DNA from: Promethearchaeota archaeon
Lineage (GTDB): Archaea; Asgardarchaeota; Thorarchaeia; Thorarchaeales; Thorarchaeaceae
Direction of reading: 5' to 3'
DNA: 64,000 nucleotides
Assembly: GCA_014728035.1 (NCBI GenBank)
Contig: WJMJ01000022.1
Span: forward strand, 1 to 64,000
A program made the translations under genes and the position numbers. Numbering within the stretch: the stretch's first letter is position 1; every line of letters begins with the position of its first letter. The notes under the pieces were generated by a model. It saw nothing but the letters and a program-made list of their open reading frames with translations. It made no database searches and had not been told where the DNA came from. Of this stretch, positions 19,162 to 29,130 are shown piece after piece.

Positions 19162-19941
19162 TTGGGAATGTATCTTCGTGAGTGGTTATCTTTGACAATT
19201 AGTGATGCTACACTGAAAGCCTTGAAAGAAATTGGCCTTACTGAATATGAAACCTCTGCATACCTTGCACTTGTCGATCATGGTCAGATGTCTGCCTCGG
19301 ATACTAGTGCTAAGTCTGATGTACCATACTCACGTATTTATGACGTTCTTGGAAGGCTTGAAGAAAAAGGCTTCATACAGACTCGAAAAGGCCGCCCCAC
19401 ACAGTATCGAGCAAAATCTCCTACGGAGGTCATGCGTCTTGTGCGTCTTGACTGGGAAGCAAGACTAGAAAAGGCAAGTAAGCACGTGGTTGAAGAGCTA
19501 CAGCCTCGATTTGAAAGAGAAACACCTGCAACCACTCGTGATGTCTGGCTTCTTCATGGTCGTCATTCAATCCTCGCAAAAGCAATCGAGATGCTTGAAA
19601 CCGCAAAAGAAGAAGTGTTACTATCGCTCCCTAGTCTAGATATGCCAATGGAGGAAATATCAGAATTGACCGAACATGCATTTGCTGTCAAAGCAACTGT
19701 GTTACTACTTACATCTAATCTACCCCCTTCTATGAAGAGCCTGATTCCATCAAATTTCGAAGTACGCACACGGTCTCGTGTCTTTGGGGCAGGTTTAGTA
19801 ATTGACCGTCGAGAAACTCTGATAATGTTAGCAGGAAGTGAACAGGAAGAATTCTTGGGCATATATTCTTCTGCCCCTGTCTTTGCAGCCATGGCTTCTG
19901 CCTATTTTGATAGTCTTTGGACCGATTCCGAGTCGATTTAA
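19162..19941 (+). CDS. TrmB family transcriptional regulator
   Basis: 'LKEIGLTEYETSAYLAL...VPYSRIYDVLGRLEEKGF'; real start possibly TTG 19192. Confidence 0.9.
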   Translation: MGMYLREWLSLTISDATLKALKEIGLTEYETSAYLALVDHGQMSASDTSAKSDVPYSRIYDVLGRLEEKGFIQTRKGRPTQYRAKSPTEVMRLVRLDWEARLEKASKHVVEELQPRFERETPATTRDVWLLHGRHSILAKAIEMLETAKEEVLLSLPSLDMPMEEISELTEHAFAVKATVLLLTSNLPPSMKSLIPSNFEVRTRSRVFGAGLVIDRRETLIMLAGSEQEEFLGIYSSAPVFAAMASAYFDSLWTDSESI

Positions 19942-20037
19942 CCGTTTTACGCTTGTAACCGCTTGTTACAGCCCGCAACCCAAAAACCGCGTCTGGTATT
20001 TGCACACTAATGAGCTTATATTATGTAATACAAGAGA

Positions 20038-21462
20038 TTGTATGTAGAAGGGTACCTTATGACCACTAATGGAGAAGAAGTTCTGAACATGTCAGAAGAG
20101 CAGGATGAACCAGATATCGAGTCGAAACTAAGTCCTAGTGCTCTTGCTGTTGTACGATCTCTACAATCGATTGAGGAAGGTATAGATTTAGATCTTTTCC
20201 AATCGACTTCTGAGAGCGAACGTCTAATCATGATGGTCAATACATATCGAGGCAGTCTGTATGATGATTTGAAAGAACGATTGGAGATAGTAGTAAAACT
20301 GGGGAATATTCGTTTTATCTCCCAACCGGATATTTTGAGAGAAGTTGAATCGTTGTGGAGTTCGAACGCATCCCGATTATCTAGGACCGAACTTCGAGCA
20401 CTAGAAGCTGTTCTGAACAAACCAGATGCAAATCTTAGCGAACTTGCGGATATAAGCAAGATGACTTACTCTCAATGTCGTAGAGCAATGCAGAGATTGA
20501 AAGACTCTCGAGTGTTCTCCGTTGAAGGCATGATAAATCTCCAGAAATTTGGTTTGGAACGAATTCTGTTAATTTTGGAAAATCCTTCACTTGTACTGAG
20601 TGGGCCCTATATCTACAAGACCTTGATTGTTGATGGTCCGACAACATACGCATTCCTGGTATCAGTTATCCCGAATGATCATGTGGATGATTTTTTAGCA
20701 TTACTCCCATCTTTACGAAATGTAGCCACATCGGTATCTGCATGGCGGTTGTCGGAAGGCCATCCACGTTTTAGTCCCCATCACTTCTCATACTATCGTC
20801 CTGATTGGCGACCCAATCTATTCCATTTTCGACTTCTTCTAAGAAACAGTGATGAACCTTTGATATTGGGAGACTTGCCTTCGAGAATAAAAATCAAGGT
20901 TACATTAACTCCCAGTGATTTGAAAATTGCTGACCACCTACTCTATAATTTTGAGGCTACCACCCATGAAATTATGGAGTCTACTAGTCTTTCGGAATCC
21001 ACTATCTTTCGAAGGAGAATCCAACTGATTGAGAATGAATACGTTATCCCTCGTGCAAGAATCGATATTCCTCTGCTGAATGAACGCGTAGTTGCCATTC
21101 TTGATCCAGAGAGTGCTGGTGAAGTAATCAATGCATGGAATTTCCTTCCACTTACCTATGTATCAAGAATAGATAGAATAACAGATGCACGCAATCTAGA
21201 GTCAAAGGTTCTTCTTCTCACTTCCATTCCAGCTGGATCCGGACGAGAAATTCTTCAAGTTCTAAGTGAAGAGGTTTCGTTTGTGAATGATTGGTCTGCA
21301 TTTGTTGTGTCAACTGGACATGATGAACGCATCCCTATTCTATCGATGTTTGATACCCGCAAGGATAATTGGAAATGGAATCTCGGATTCTTTGATCTCC
21401 GGGCCTTGAGTGTTGTACGCAGCGAATGTACATCTCAAAACACTCCCTTTGACCTTGCATAA
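20038..21462 (+). CDS. Multi-HTH, Lrp-like putative transcriptional regulator
   Basis: HTH-like segments 'LSRTELRALEAVLNKPDANLSELADIS' and 'LTPSDLKIADHL...LSESTIFRRRIQL'. Confidence 0.6.
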   Translation: MYVEGYLMTTNGEEVLNMSEEQDEPDIESKLSPSALAVVRSLQSIEEGIDLDLFQSTSESERLIMMVNTYRGSLYDDLKERLEIVVKLGNIRFISQPDILREVESLWSSNASRLSRTELRALEAVLNKPDANLSELADISKMTYSQCRRAMQRLKDSRVFSVEGMINLQKFGLERILLILENPSLVLSGPYIYKTLIVDGPTTYAFLVSVIPNDHVDDFLALLPSLRNVATSVSAWRLSEGHPRFSPHHFSYYRPDWRPNLFHFRLLLRNSDEPLILGDLPSRIKIKVTLTPSDLKIADHLLYNFEATTHEIMESTSLSESTIFRRRIQLIENEYVIPRARIDIPLLNERVVAILDPESAGEVINAWNFLPLTYVSRIDRITDARNLESKVLLLTSIPAGSGREILQVLSEEVSFVNDWSAFVVSTGHDERIPILSMFDTRKDNWKWNLGFFDLRALSVVRSECTSQNTPFDLA

Positions 21463-21505
21463 GTGATATGAGGACCGGCTTCGAAAAAGGTAATCGTGTT
21501 TCCAA

Positions 21506-22444
21506 ATGTTTGAGATAATCATACTAGGGAGCGGTGGATCAATTCCTGTAGAAGGCAGAAACCATCCTGCAGTACTTGTACGATTTGAGGGATGGAATCT
21601 GTTATTTGATGCAGGAGAAGACGTCCAGCGTCAGTATGAACGTGTGAATGCAGGTCTCAACAAACGAACTGCAATATTCATTAGTCATATGCATGCGGAT
21701 CACGTACTCGGATTGCCTGGATTGCTACTACGGATGTCATTACTTGACCGCTTACGCCCTCTGGATGTTTACGGGCCTCCTGGACTTATTGATTTCGTCA
21801 GAGTAAGTCAAGACACAATCCGGCTTGGTACAACATTCGAGTCTAAAGTATATGGCATCTCTGGTGGGACAAAACTTAGTTTCGGTGAATTGCAGGTAGA
21901 AGCTGTTGAGGTTGACCATCGAGGAATCGCTTTTGGCTACAAGGTAGAATATCAACGTCCGACTGGTACTTTTCTTGTTGAGAAGGCTCAAAAACTAGGA
22001 GTGCCAAAGGGGCCGCTTTGGGGAAAGCTCGCTGAAGGGCATGAGGTGAAATTATCAGATGGTAGGTCGATTCGTCCAGAAGATGTCACGGAACCTAAAC
22101 CCTCTCCCCTTCGAATAGTGTATTCTGGCGACACGCGTCCATGTGATGCAATTAGACATCTAGCAAAAGATGCTAATGTCCTGATACATGAGGCTATGTA
22201 TTCTTCTACTCATTCTGACCTTGCAGAAGAAAGAGGGCATTCAACTGCAAAAGATGTAGCTGAACTTGCCCTAGAAGTCAATGTGGATCTCTTGGTTCTA
22301 ACTCATTATAGTCCACGATATGAAGATGGTTCAGAAATCATCTCTGAGGCAAAACAAATTTTTCCCAACTCGATTCTTGCTAGAGACCTTATGAAAATCG
22401 AATTGAGTTTGGATGGTGAAACCTCAATTAGTCAGATTGAATAG
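21506..22444 (+). CDS. rnz: Ribonuclease Z
   Basis: SHMHADH, exosite GVPKGP, SGDT, HEA, GHST, THYSPRY. Confidence 0.95.
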   Translation: MFEIIILGSGGSIPVEGRNHPAVLVRFEGWNLLFDAGEDVQRQYERVNAGLNKRTAIFISHMHADHVLGLPGLLLRMSLLDRLRPLDVYGPPGLIDFVRVSQDTIRLGTTFESKVYGISGGTKLSFGELQVEAVEVDHRGIAFGYKVEYQRPTGTFLVEKAQKLGVPKGPLWGKLAEGHEVKLSDGRSIRPEDVTEPKPSPLRIVYSGDTRPCDAIRHLAKDANVLIHEAMYSSTHSDLAEERGHSTAKDVAELALEVNVDLLVLTHYSPRYEDGSEIISEAKQIFPNSILARDLMKIELSLDGETSISQIE

Positions 22445-22450
22445 TACTAT

Positions 22451-23656
22451 TCAGGTTAATCCAATACGTATTGCTTTGAGGGGATGATGTCTAAGCATAT
22501 GTTTCATCATTTTTCTTTTCATTTCTGAAGCTGGTTTGAGCCCTGTTACGAAATCTATCATGTAGTTCCTGATGATTGAATCCTTTTCAGCTACTTCCAG
22601 CGCTAAAGATATTGTCTTCTTCGATTTGAATATCATTTTTGCAAGAAACTTTGCTACAGACAACTCCTCGATTATTGTTTTTTCAAGTTGGTCCTGATAC
22701 GTTCTTATTAGCAGTGGGCTCTTTTCTCTTACAGCCTTGGTGGCTATTTTAGCTGCCAAGACTCCTGACTTTAGTGCATAGTATATACCTTCACCCGTAA
22801 CCGGAGAAACCAGCCCTGCAGCATCTCCCACTAGCATACTTCTACGTGTTATGACTCTCCTGTTCTCTCCACCTAATGGTATTCTAAACGCAGACTGATT
22901 CCGGATATCAATATCTATCCCTTTCATTATTTCTAATTGTTTGAGGAATTCACTCCAATGTTTTTTTAGGTCAACGTTCTGGCTCATTCTACATCCTATT
23001 CCAATATTGAGGTGATTTGAATGAGGAAAACACCATCCATAGCCCCATTTGACAAGTCCAAAATAGATTTCCAGGGCTGGATTGCTCATTCCTTTGCTAT
23101 CTGTTATCACTCTGGACATTTCTTCCACACTTAGCTTTGCTTCTCCCCCGATACACAATGCTACTGCGTCTGCTGGCCATTTTTCACGAATGCTGAGTGT
23201 TTTCGCCACAATGCTATTGACCCCATCAGCACCCACCACTAAGTGCCCTTTGAAAGAATCACCTCTTGCTAGAACTCGTAGTCCTCTCCGAGTCTGTTCA
23301 ACTCTGATAACTCTACAATTCTCAATAGTTTCAGCTCCAGAATTCTTAGCATGCTGAAACAAAACTTGGTCGAACTTTTCTCTCTTCACAAGGATGCCTG
23401 TTGTGTCTTCCCTTGTCCAAGTACTTGATTGGTCATATCCAGCGGCTAACTTGATACTACTCACTGTTCTCTCAATTATATGGTCAATATCAAAATCGAG
23501 CAAATCTTCTACTCGTTTACTAAGGGCCCCGCCACAGAGTTTGTATCTTGGATGTTTATCTTTCTCAAGTAGAAGGACATCTAATCCTGCTTGAGCTGCA
23601 GTCCTTGCACAAATTGATCCAGCTGGGCCTCCACCTACAACAATTAGGTCATACAC
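22451..23656 (-). CDS. Geranylgeranyl reductase family flavoprotein
   Basis: GGGPAG, KLCGG, GADG, GYGWCFP, GDAAG.V.P.TGEGI. Confidence 0.9.
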   Translation of the reverse strand: MYDLIVVGGGPAGSICARTAAQAGLDVLLLEKDKHPRYKLCGGALSKRVEDLLDFDIDHIIERTVSSIKLAAGYDQSSTWTREDTTGILVKREKFDQVLFQHAKNSGAETIENCRVIRVEQTRRGLRVLARGDSFKGHLVVGADGVNSIVAKTLSIREKWPADAVALCIGGEAKLSVEEMSRVITDSKGMSNPALEIYFGLVKWGYGWCFPHSNHLNIGIGCRMSQNVDLKKHWSEFLKQLEIMKGIDIDIRNQSAFRIPLGGENRRVITRRSMLVGDAAGLVSPVTGEGIYYALKSGVLAAKIATKAVREKSPLLIRTYQDQLEKTIIEELSVAKFLAKMIFKSKKTISLALEVAEKDSIIRNYMIDFVTGLKPASEMKRKMMKHMLRHHPLKAIRIGLT

Positions 23657-23727
23657 TACATCTCACCTATTTTGCTTTTGAGCAACACCAATATATTATC
23701 TTCTTATCATACAAAAGAGTGGACAGA

Positions 23728-24777
23728 ATGACAACTAGAAAGGATGCTAAGGTGTGTCTTCTTGCAACGGGAGGTACCATTTCAAGTATAACCGATCCCG
23801 TCACAAAAGGACTTAGACCCGGTTTGTCCTTGGATATGCTTCTTGGCACTCTTCCTCATGAGCTTGGAAGAATTGATGTCATTCAACGTGAACTTTTCCA
23901 GATGGACTCTGCAAATGCCCAACCTCATCATTGGCAAGATATTGCTAGCGCTATCAAAAGCATCTATGATGATATACAAGATATTGATGGAATCGTAATT
24001 ACCCACGGTACCGATACCATGGTCTATTCCGCATCAGCTATCTCCTTTATGGTACAGGACTTTGGGAAACCAATTGTCTTTACAGGGTCTCAGATACCAG
24101 CCTCGATGCCTTGGAGTGACGCTCCTAGAAATTTGCTTGATGCCCTTCGGGTTGCAGCGTTTGGTGACATTGGGGAAACCTGTATAGTATTCAACGGAGA
24201 GATTCACCGAGCTACTAGAACACGCAAGCTTCGTGTCAATTCATATGATGCGTTCGATTCTATGGACCCAATTCCCATTGGAATCTTAACACGTGATATT
24301 GTTCTCTATGAAACAAGGCGCCAGCGCCATAATCTCGTTCCCAAATTCGATACTCGTCTTGACTCTCGTGTATTTTTGTTGAAGGTCTTTCCGGGTGTTC
24401 CTCCTGGAATACTCTCTCGCATTGTTGATATGGGATATCATGGAATTGTGATAGAAGGATTTGGTCTTGGAAATATTCCTACCGCTGAAAACGCTCTTAC
24501 TGGTGCTATCCGACAAGCGGTTAATCAAGGATGTTTTATTGTTGTGAGCTCTCAATGTGCCTTCGGACAAGCCGATCTATCACTTTACGAAGTGGGTCGA
24601 GCTGCTCTTGAAGCTGGAGCTATGAGTGCTCACGTTATGACTTCTGAAGCTGCTATGGTCAAGTTAGCTTGGGTACTTGGACACACACGAGATCCAGATA
24701 TTGTGAAAGATATGATGTCCAAAGACTACGTTGGTGAACTTTCCGCTCTTGGCGGTTCTAATGTCTATGAACTATAA
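23728..24777 (+). CDS. L-asparaginase type I (AnsA/GatD-like catalytic domain)
   Basis: ATGGTI, HGTDT, TGSQ motifs; start reassigned to ATG 23728 because the track's 23548 start overlaps the divergent gene. Confidence 0.9.
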   Translation: MTTRKDAKVCLLATGGTISSITDPVTKGLRPGLSLDMLLGTLPHELGRIDVIQRELFQMDSANAQPHHWQDIASAIKSIYDDIQDIDGIVITHGTDTMVYSASAISFMVQDFGKPIVFTGSQIPASMPWSDAPRNLLDALRVAAFGDIGETCIVFNGEIHRATRTRKLRVNSYDAFDSMDPIPIGILTRDIVLYETRRQRHNLVPKFDTRLDSRVFLLKVFPGVPPGILSRIVDMGYHGIVIEGFGLGNIPTAENALTGAIRQAVNQGCFIVVSSQCAFGQADLSLYEVGRAALEAGAMSAHVMTSEAAMVKLAWVLGHTRDPDIVKDMMSKDYVGELSALGGSNVYEL

Positions 24778-24894
24778 TGACCATTTTTCTCTTTCCGTCT
24801 TCCTGAAATGCTATATTTTGGAACACGTGTTCCAATAATTATCGTTGCAACAGCGTCATGCTTAAATCTAAATCCGTACTCATTCTGCTAGAAT

Positions 24895-25038
24895 GCCCGG
24901 GTAGCCAAGCGGTTACGGCGGCAGCCTGGAATCGAATTGCCTAACGGCTTTACTTACAGGCAGCTGCTCTCCATTTGGAGGCAAGAGTTCGAAGACTTCG
25001 ACGCATGTCAGGTCGAACATATCCCTTCCCGGGCGCCA
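24895..25038 (+). tRNA. tRNA-Ser(GGA) with two introns (37/38 and 58/59), encoded CCA
   Basis: Acceptor GCCCGGG/CCCGGGC plus G-CCA; D stem GCC/GGC; anticodon stem GCAGC/GCTGC with GGA at 24928-24930; long variable arm CTCC/GGAG; introns at 24932-24961 and 24993-25020. Confidence 0.9.
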
Positions 25039-25112
25039 TTCTTTTTCAAAGGTATAGAATAAATTTTCACTCGTTTATTGAAAAATCACAAAAAACCCCG
25101 TTCTTTCGTAAG

Positions 25113-25330
25113 CCTTAAATGTGAAGTTCGTCGGGCTTTGAATAGTCACTCTCAAGTGACGACTGTTTCAGAATCAACGGAGCAGTGCAGACAGCTAGTT
25201 CTGCTCGCATGAACCGTCTGCAGACGCGTGCCGGGTCCTGATTCGAAGTGGTTTGTCAGAGGGTGCCATTTGGCTAAGACTTGCTCAAAACATGAGCGTA
25301 CATAAGTCAAGATACCGGAAGTGAGGCACT
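25113..25330 (+). promoter_or_regulatory. TATA-like box and ~185-nt structured 5' leader of the rpl22 operon
   Basis: CCTTAAAT at 25113-25120 followed by a series of hairpins up to the RBS. Confidence 0.55.
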
Positions 25331-25795
25331 ATGCCATCATACAGATATTCAATAATAGGCATTGACCCAGATAGGACCGCTATAGCTAGCGGTAGGAATA
25401 TGCGTTGTTCGCCGAAATTCTCGAGAGAGGTATGTAAAGCTATCAAGGGAATGATGCTGGACAAGGCAATAGACTATCTTGAGGCCGTGATTGAGGAAAA
25501 AGCATGGGTTCCTTACAGGCGCCACAAGAAAAAGAGAGGCCACCATTCAGGAATGAAGAAATGGCCATCAGGTGGACATCCGGTAAAACCCGCTCAGATG
25601 ATCCTCAAAGTCGTTAGAAATGCAGAAGCTAATGCTGATGACAAAGGTCTAGATATTGATCGACTTCGAGTTATGCATGCTGCAGCCCATCGTGGGCGAA
25701 CCTACAAGGCGTTTATCGAACGAGCATTTGGTCGGAGTTCTCCATACTACGAGAATACTACACATGTTGAAATCGTACTAGAAGAGGTGGCATAA
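25331..25795 (+). CDS. rpl22: 50S ribosomal protein L22 (uL22)
   Basis: SPKFSREVC, RAFGRSSP, HVEIVL. Confidence 0.97.
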   Translation: MPSYRYSIIGIDPDRTAIASGRNMRCSPKFSREVCKAIKGMMLDKAIDYLEAVIEEKAWVPYRRHKKKRGHHSGMKKWPSGGHPVKPAQMILKVVRNAEANADDKGLDIDRLRVMHAAAHRGRTYKAFIERAFGRSSPYYENTTHVEIVLEEVA

Positions 25796-26689
25796 ATGTC
25801 GGCAATTAAATACTTCATCGAGCAGAACACTCGAACTCTAAAGATAGATGAATTCCTCACTCGAACACTCAATTCTGCAGGGTACGGTGGCTGCGAGATA
25901 AGAAAAATGCCCATGAGAACGGAGATTGTTATTCATGCTTCTCGTCCAGGAGTTGTTATCGGAAGACGCGGATCAAACATTCGTGAACTAACTTACACTC
26001 TTGAGACGGATTTTGGTATCGAAAATGTCCAAGTCGAAGTTAACGAGATAGACAATCCTTGGCTTAATGCTCAGGTTATGGCATCACGTTTAGCAAGACA
26101 ACTCGAACGCGGAGTTCGATTCAGAAGAATGGCATACTGGGTACTTCGGCGAGTAATGCGTGCTGGTGCTATTGGCTGTGAGATTATTGTTAAAGGAAAA
26201 CTCTCTAGCCGTCGTGCAAGATATCAAAAATTCAAACAAGGCACTATCGCAAAGACTGGTCAACCTGCTACAACTTTTGTTGATGAAGCTGATGATATTG
26301 CTGTACTCAAACCTGGTGTTATTGGAATCAAAGTTAGAATTATGCGTCCGGAGTCTAAATTGCCCGGTGTAATTCACGTTAAGAAACCAAAACCCCGTGA
26401 AGAACCTCAACCAACACTTGTCAAACCTCCTGAAGAACAGGATGAAGAAACTGAAGTTGAAGCTGAGGTAGATGAAGTTGAGGAATCACTTGAAGGGATA
26501 ACCGACATTGATGAACTTCGAGAATTAGAAGAGCTCGACGGTCTTGAACTGTTAGATGAAGACGAAGACGAGGACGAAGATTCTGAAGAAACAGAAGTGA
26601 CCGAAGAAACTGAAGAACCTGCTGGAGAAGTTGATGAAACCGAAGATGCGGAAGAAAAAACAGCAGAATCTGAGGGAGGCGAAGATTAA
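25796..26689 (+). CDS. rps3: 30S ribosomal protein S3 with long acidic C-terminal tail
   Basis: KH domain RPGVVIGRRG, GCEIIVKGK; ~85-aa D/E-rich tail. Confidence 0.97.
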   Translation: MSAIKYFIEQNTRTLKIDEFLTRTLNSAGYGGCEIRKMPMRTEIVIHASRPGVVIGRRGSNIRELTYTLETDFGIENVQVEVNEIDNPWLNAQVMASRLARQLERGVRFRRMAYWVLRRVMRAGAIGCEIIVKGKLSSRRARYQKFKQGTIAKTGQPATTFVDEADDIAVLKPGVIGIKVRIMRPESKLPGVIHVKKPKPREEPQPTLVKPPEEQDEETEVEAEVDEVEESLEGITDIDELRELEELDGLELLDEDEDEDEDSEETEVTEETEEPAGEVDETEDAEEKTAESEGGED

Positions 26690-26901
26690 TGCCACAATTG
26701 ACAGCTCAAGACATTAGAAAACTTACTCCTGCGGAACGTCAGAAGAAGCTTGAGGAATTATACGATGAGCTTGCAAGTGAGCGAATTTCCCTTGCTACTG
26801 GCGGTGGTACGGAGAATCCCTATCGAACTCGAATAATCAAGAAAGCAATCGCAAGAATACTCACCGTTCAGCGGGAAGAAGAGCTGGGGATTGAAAGATG
26901 A
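26689..26901 (+). CDS. rpl29: 50S ribosomal protein L29
   Basis: ENPYRTRIIKKAIARILT; operon position. Confidence 0.95.
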   Translation: MPQLTAQDIRKLTPAERQKKLEELYDELASERISLATGGGTENPYRTRIIKKAIARILTVQREEELGIER

Positions 26902-27182
26902 CAATAACTCCACGAAACCTAGTTCATCATGAGCTTGTTGGACTGCAAGCACATGTAACCGATTCCCATGATCCGACTCTCATCTGTCGATCTGGGACAA
27001 TCATAGGTGAGTCAAAAGAGATGATTATACTAGATACAGGGTCTGGAAACCTTATGATTCCCAAGACCATCTGTGTCTTTGATATTACAATTCCTGATAG
27101 AACCGTTGTACGCATTGATGGCGAGTATCTACAGGGACGCCCTGAGGATAGATTGAAGAAACGCCTCAGTAGGAGATGGTAA
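26898..27182 (+). CDS. rnp1: RNase P protein component 1 (Rpp29/Pop4)
   Basis: ITPRNLVHHELVGL...GRPEDRLK. Confidence 0.95.
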   Translation: MTITPRNLVHHELVGLQAHVTDSHDPTLICRSGTIIGESKEMIILDTGSGNLMIPKTICVFDITIPDRTVVRIDGEYLQGRPEDRLKKRLSRRW

Positions 27183-27547
27183 AGATGGCGAAGGAAAAAC
27201 AAAAAGTACGTAACATCGGTATTGTTGGGGTAGACCCTCCTGAGAAAATTTGTGAGGATCCCAACTGCCCTTTTCATGGGAATCTTCCAGTACGAGGTAG
27301 GCTCATGGAAGGGATTGTTACGAGCACTAAGATGCACAAGGCAATTACATACCAAACTGACTACATAGCGTTGGTTAAGAAATTTATGCGATATGAACGT
27401 CGTAGAACGAAGAAACACGCATATCTTCCATCGTGTATTGATGTCAAAGTTGGGGACTCGGTAAGAGTCGCAGAGTGCAGACCAATCAGCAAGACAGTTT
27501 CCTCAGTTGTAATTAAGGTCACACCTGCACAGGTCAAGGAGGAATAG
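27176..27547 (+). CDS. rps17: 30S ribosomal protein S17
   Basis: CEDPNCPFHG, ECRPISKT; start may be ATG 27185. Confidence 0.97.
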   Translation: MVKMAKEKQKVRNIGIVGVDPPEKICEDPNCPFHGNLPVRGRLMEGIVTSTKMHKAITYQTDYIALVKKFMRYERRRTKKHAYLPSCIDVKVGDSVRVAECRPISKTVSSVVIKVTPAQVKEE

Positions 27548-27551
27548 AGCA

Positions 27552-27974
27552 ATGTCAAGAAAAGTTGGAAGAGGAATCAGAAAATTCGTTCCAAGAATTG
27601 CACGAGGTCTTCCTGTTGGTGCTAAGATTACTTGTGCTGACAATTCCGGTGCAAAAGAACTCCAAATCCTTGGCGTTATGGGATACAAGGGTCGTCTAAG
27701 AAAGCTTGCAAAGGCTGGAATTGGTGATACAATCAGTGTCGCAGTTACAAAAGGAAAACAAGAGCTTCGCAAGCAGGTGTTCATGGCAATTATTGTCAGA
27801 CAACGAAAAATATTCCGTAGGTCTGATGGAACTTGGATGCAATTTGAGGACAATGCTGCTGTGTTAGTCAAACCCGGTGGTGAGCCACAAGGATCTGAAC
27901 TTCGTGGTCCAATGGCTCGTGAGGTCACTCTGAAGTATCCACGTGTTGCTGCTATTGCATCAAAAATTGTATGA
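27552..27974 (+). CDS. rpl14: 50S ribosomal protein L14
   Basis: CADNSGAK, FEDNAAV. Confidence 0.97.
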   Translation: MSRKVGRGIRKFVPRIARGLPVGAKITCADNSGAKELQILGVMGYKGRLRKLAKAGIGDTISVAVTKGKQELRKQVFMAIIVRQRKIFRRSDGTWMQFEDNAAVLVKPGGEPQGSELRGPMAREVTLKYPRVAAIASKIV

Positions 27975-27985
27975 GGTTGATATAG

Positions 27986-28372
27986 ATGACGAAGAAACCA
28001 AGTTCAAAATCCCCACGCAAACAGAGAAGATTCCTTCACAAATCATCCATCCATGAACACAAGAAATTATTGCGATGTAGACTGGATGAATTCCTTCGGG
28101 AAGAATATGGAATGAGATCTCTTACTGTGAAGAAAGGCGACCTTGTACGAGTTATGCGGGGTCAATTCCGAGAAACTGAAGGGAAAATTGTACGAATTGA
28201 CTATTCCAAAGCGTTAGTCTACCTTGATAATGCAACAACAACAAAAGCTGATGGAAAAGAAGTTCAAATTCCTATTCATCCATCCAATTTGATGTTGGTG
28301 AAATTAGAACTGGATGATGATCGCAGGGCGATAATCGAAAAGAAAATGCTTGATATAGCGGAGAGTGAATAA
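27986..28372 (+). CDS. rpl24: 50S ribosomal protein L24
   Basis: SPRKQR, GDLVRVMRG, IHPSN. Confidence 0.97.
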   Translation: MTKKPSSKSPRKQRRFLHKSSIHEHKKLLRCRLDEFLREEYGMRSLTVKKGDLVRVMRGQFRETEGKIVRIDYSKALVYLDNATTTKADGKEVQIPIHPSNLMLVKLELDDDRRAIIEKKMLDIAESE

Positions 28373-28374
28373 GA

Positions 28375-29130
28375 ATGGTACGAAGAGGCCAGAAAAAGCA
28401 TCTAAAGCGCCTACCTGCGCCAAGACATTGGCCAATTAAACGAAAACATGGGAAGTTCACAACCAGACCTATTCCTGGTCCACATCCCAAGGAAAATTGT
28501 CTAACCTTGGCAATCGTCCTCAGGGAGATTCTCGGATATGCAGAGAATATGCGTGAGGTTAAAGCGATACTCTCCAGTGGACAAGTCAAAGTTGATGGGC
28601 GAATTAGAAAAGATGTTCGATATCCAGTTGGTCTAATGGATGTTATAGAAATCGAAGATGCGGGTGAGAAATATCGTTTGCTCCCCAAACTTCGCGGCGG
28701 TTTCAGATTAGTAAAAATCGATGATGCAGAAGCAGGAATTAAACTCTGCAGAATTGAAAAGAAAATGATGGTGTCAGGTGGCAAATTGCAAATGACCCTT
28801 CATGATGGGAGAAATATTATTCTTCCAGAGGGCCACAAAGCATCAGATTATACCACACTTGATACCGTGAAGATTACTATTCCCGACCAAGAAATAGCTG
28901 AAATAATATCTCTTGATACTGGTGTTCACGCATTAGTCACTCAAGGAAGAAACGTTGGTATTGAGGGTCGAATTGTAGAAATTGAGAAACGATATGGGAC
29001 TCATGCAAGTACAGTCACATTGCAAGATGCTGAAGGTAATCGCCTTCAGACTGCACTTGACTATGTCTTTGTTGTTGGCAAGGATGCACCTGTTGTGAGT
29101 CTTGGTTCCGACGGAGGTACACATGAATGA
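28375..29130 (+). CDS. rps4e: 30S ribosomal protein S4e
   Basis: HLKRLPAP, PGPH, YPVGLMDVI. Confidence 0.97.
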   Translation: MVRRGQKKHLKRLPAPRHWPIKRKHGKFTTRPIPGPHPKENCLTLAIVLREILGYAENMREVKAILSSGQVKVDGRIRKDVRYPVGLMDVIEIEDAGEKYRLLPKLRGGFRLVKIDDAEAGIKLCRIEKKMMVSGGKLQMTLHDGRNIILPEGHKASDYTTLDTVKITIPDQEIAEIISLDTGVHALVTQGRNVGIEGRIVEIEKRYGTHASTVTLQDAEGNRLQTALDYVFVVGKDAPVVSLGSDGGTHE

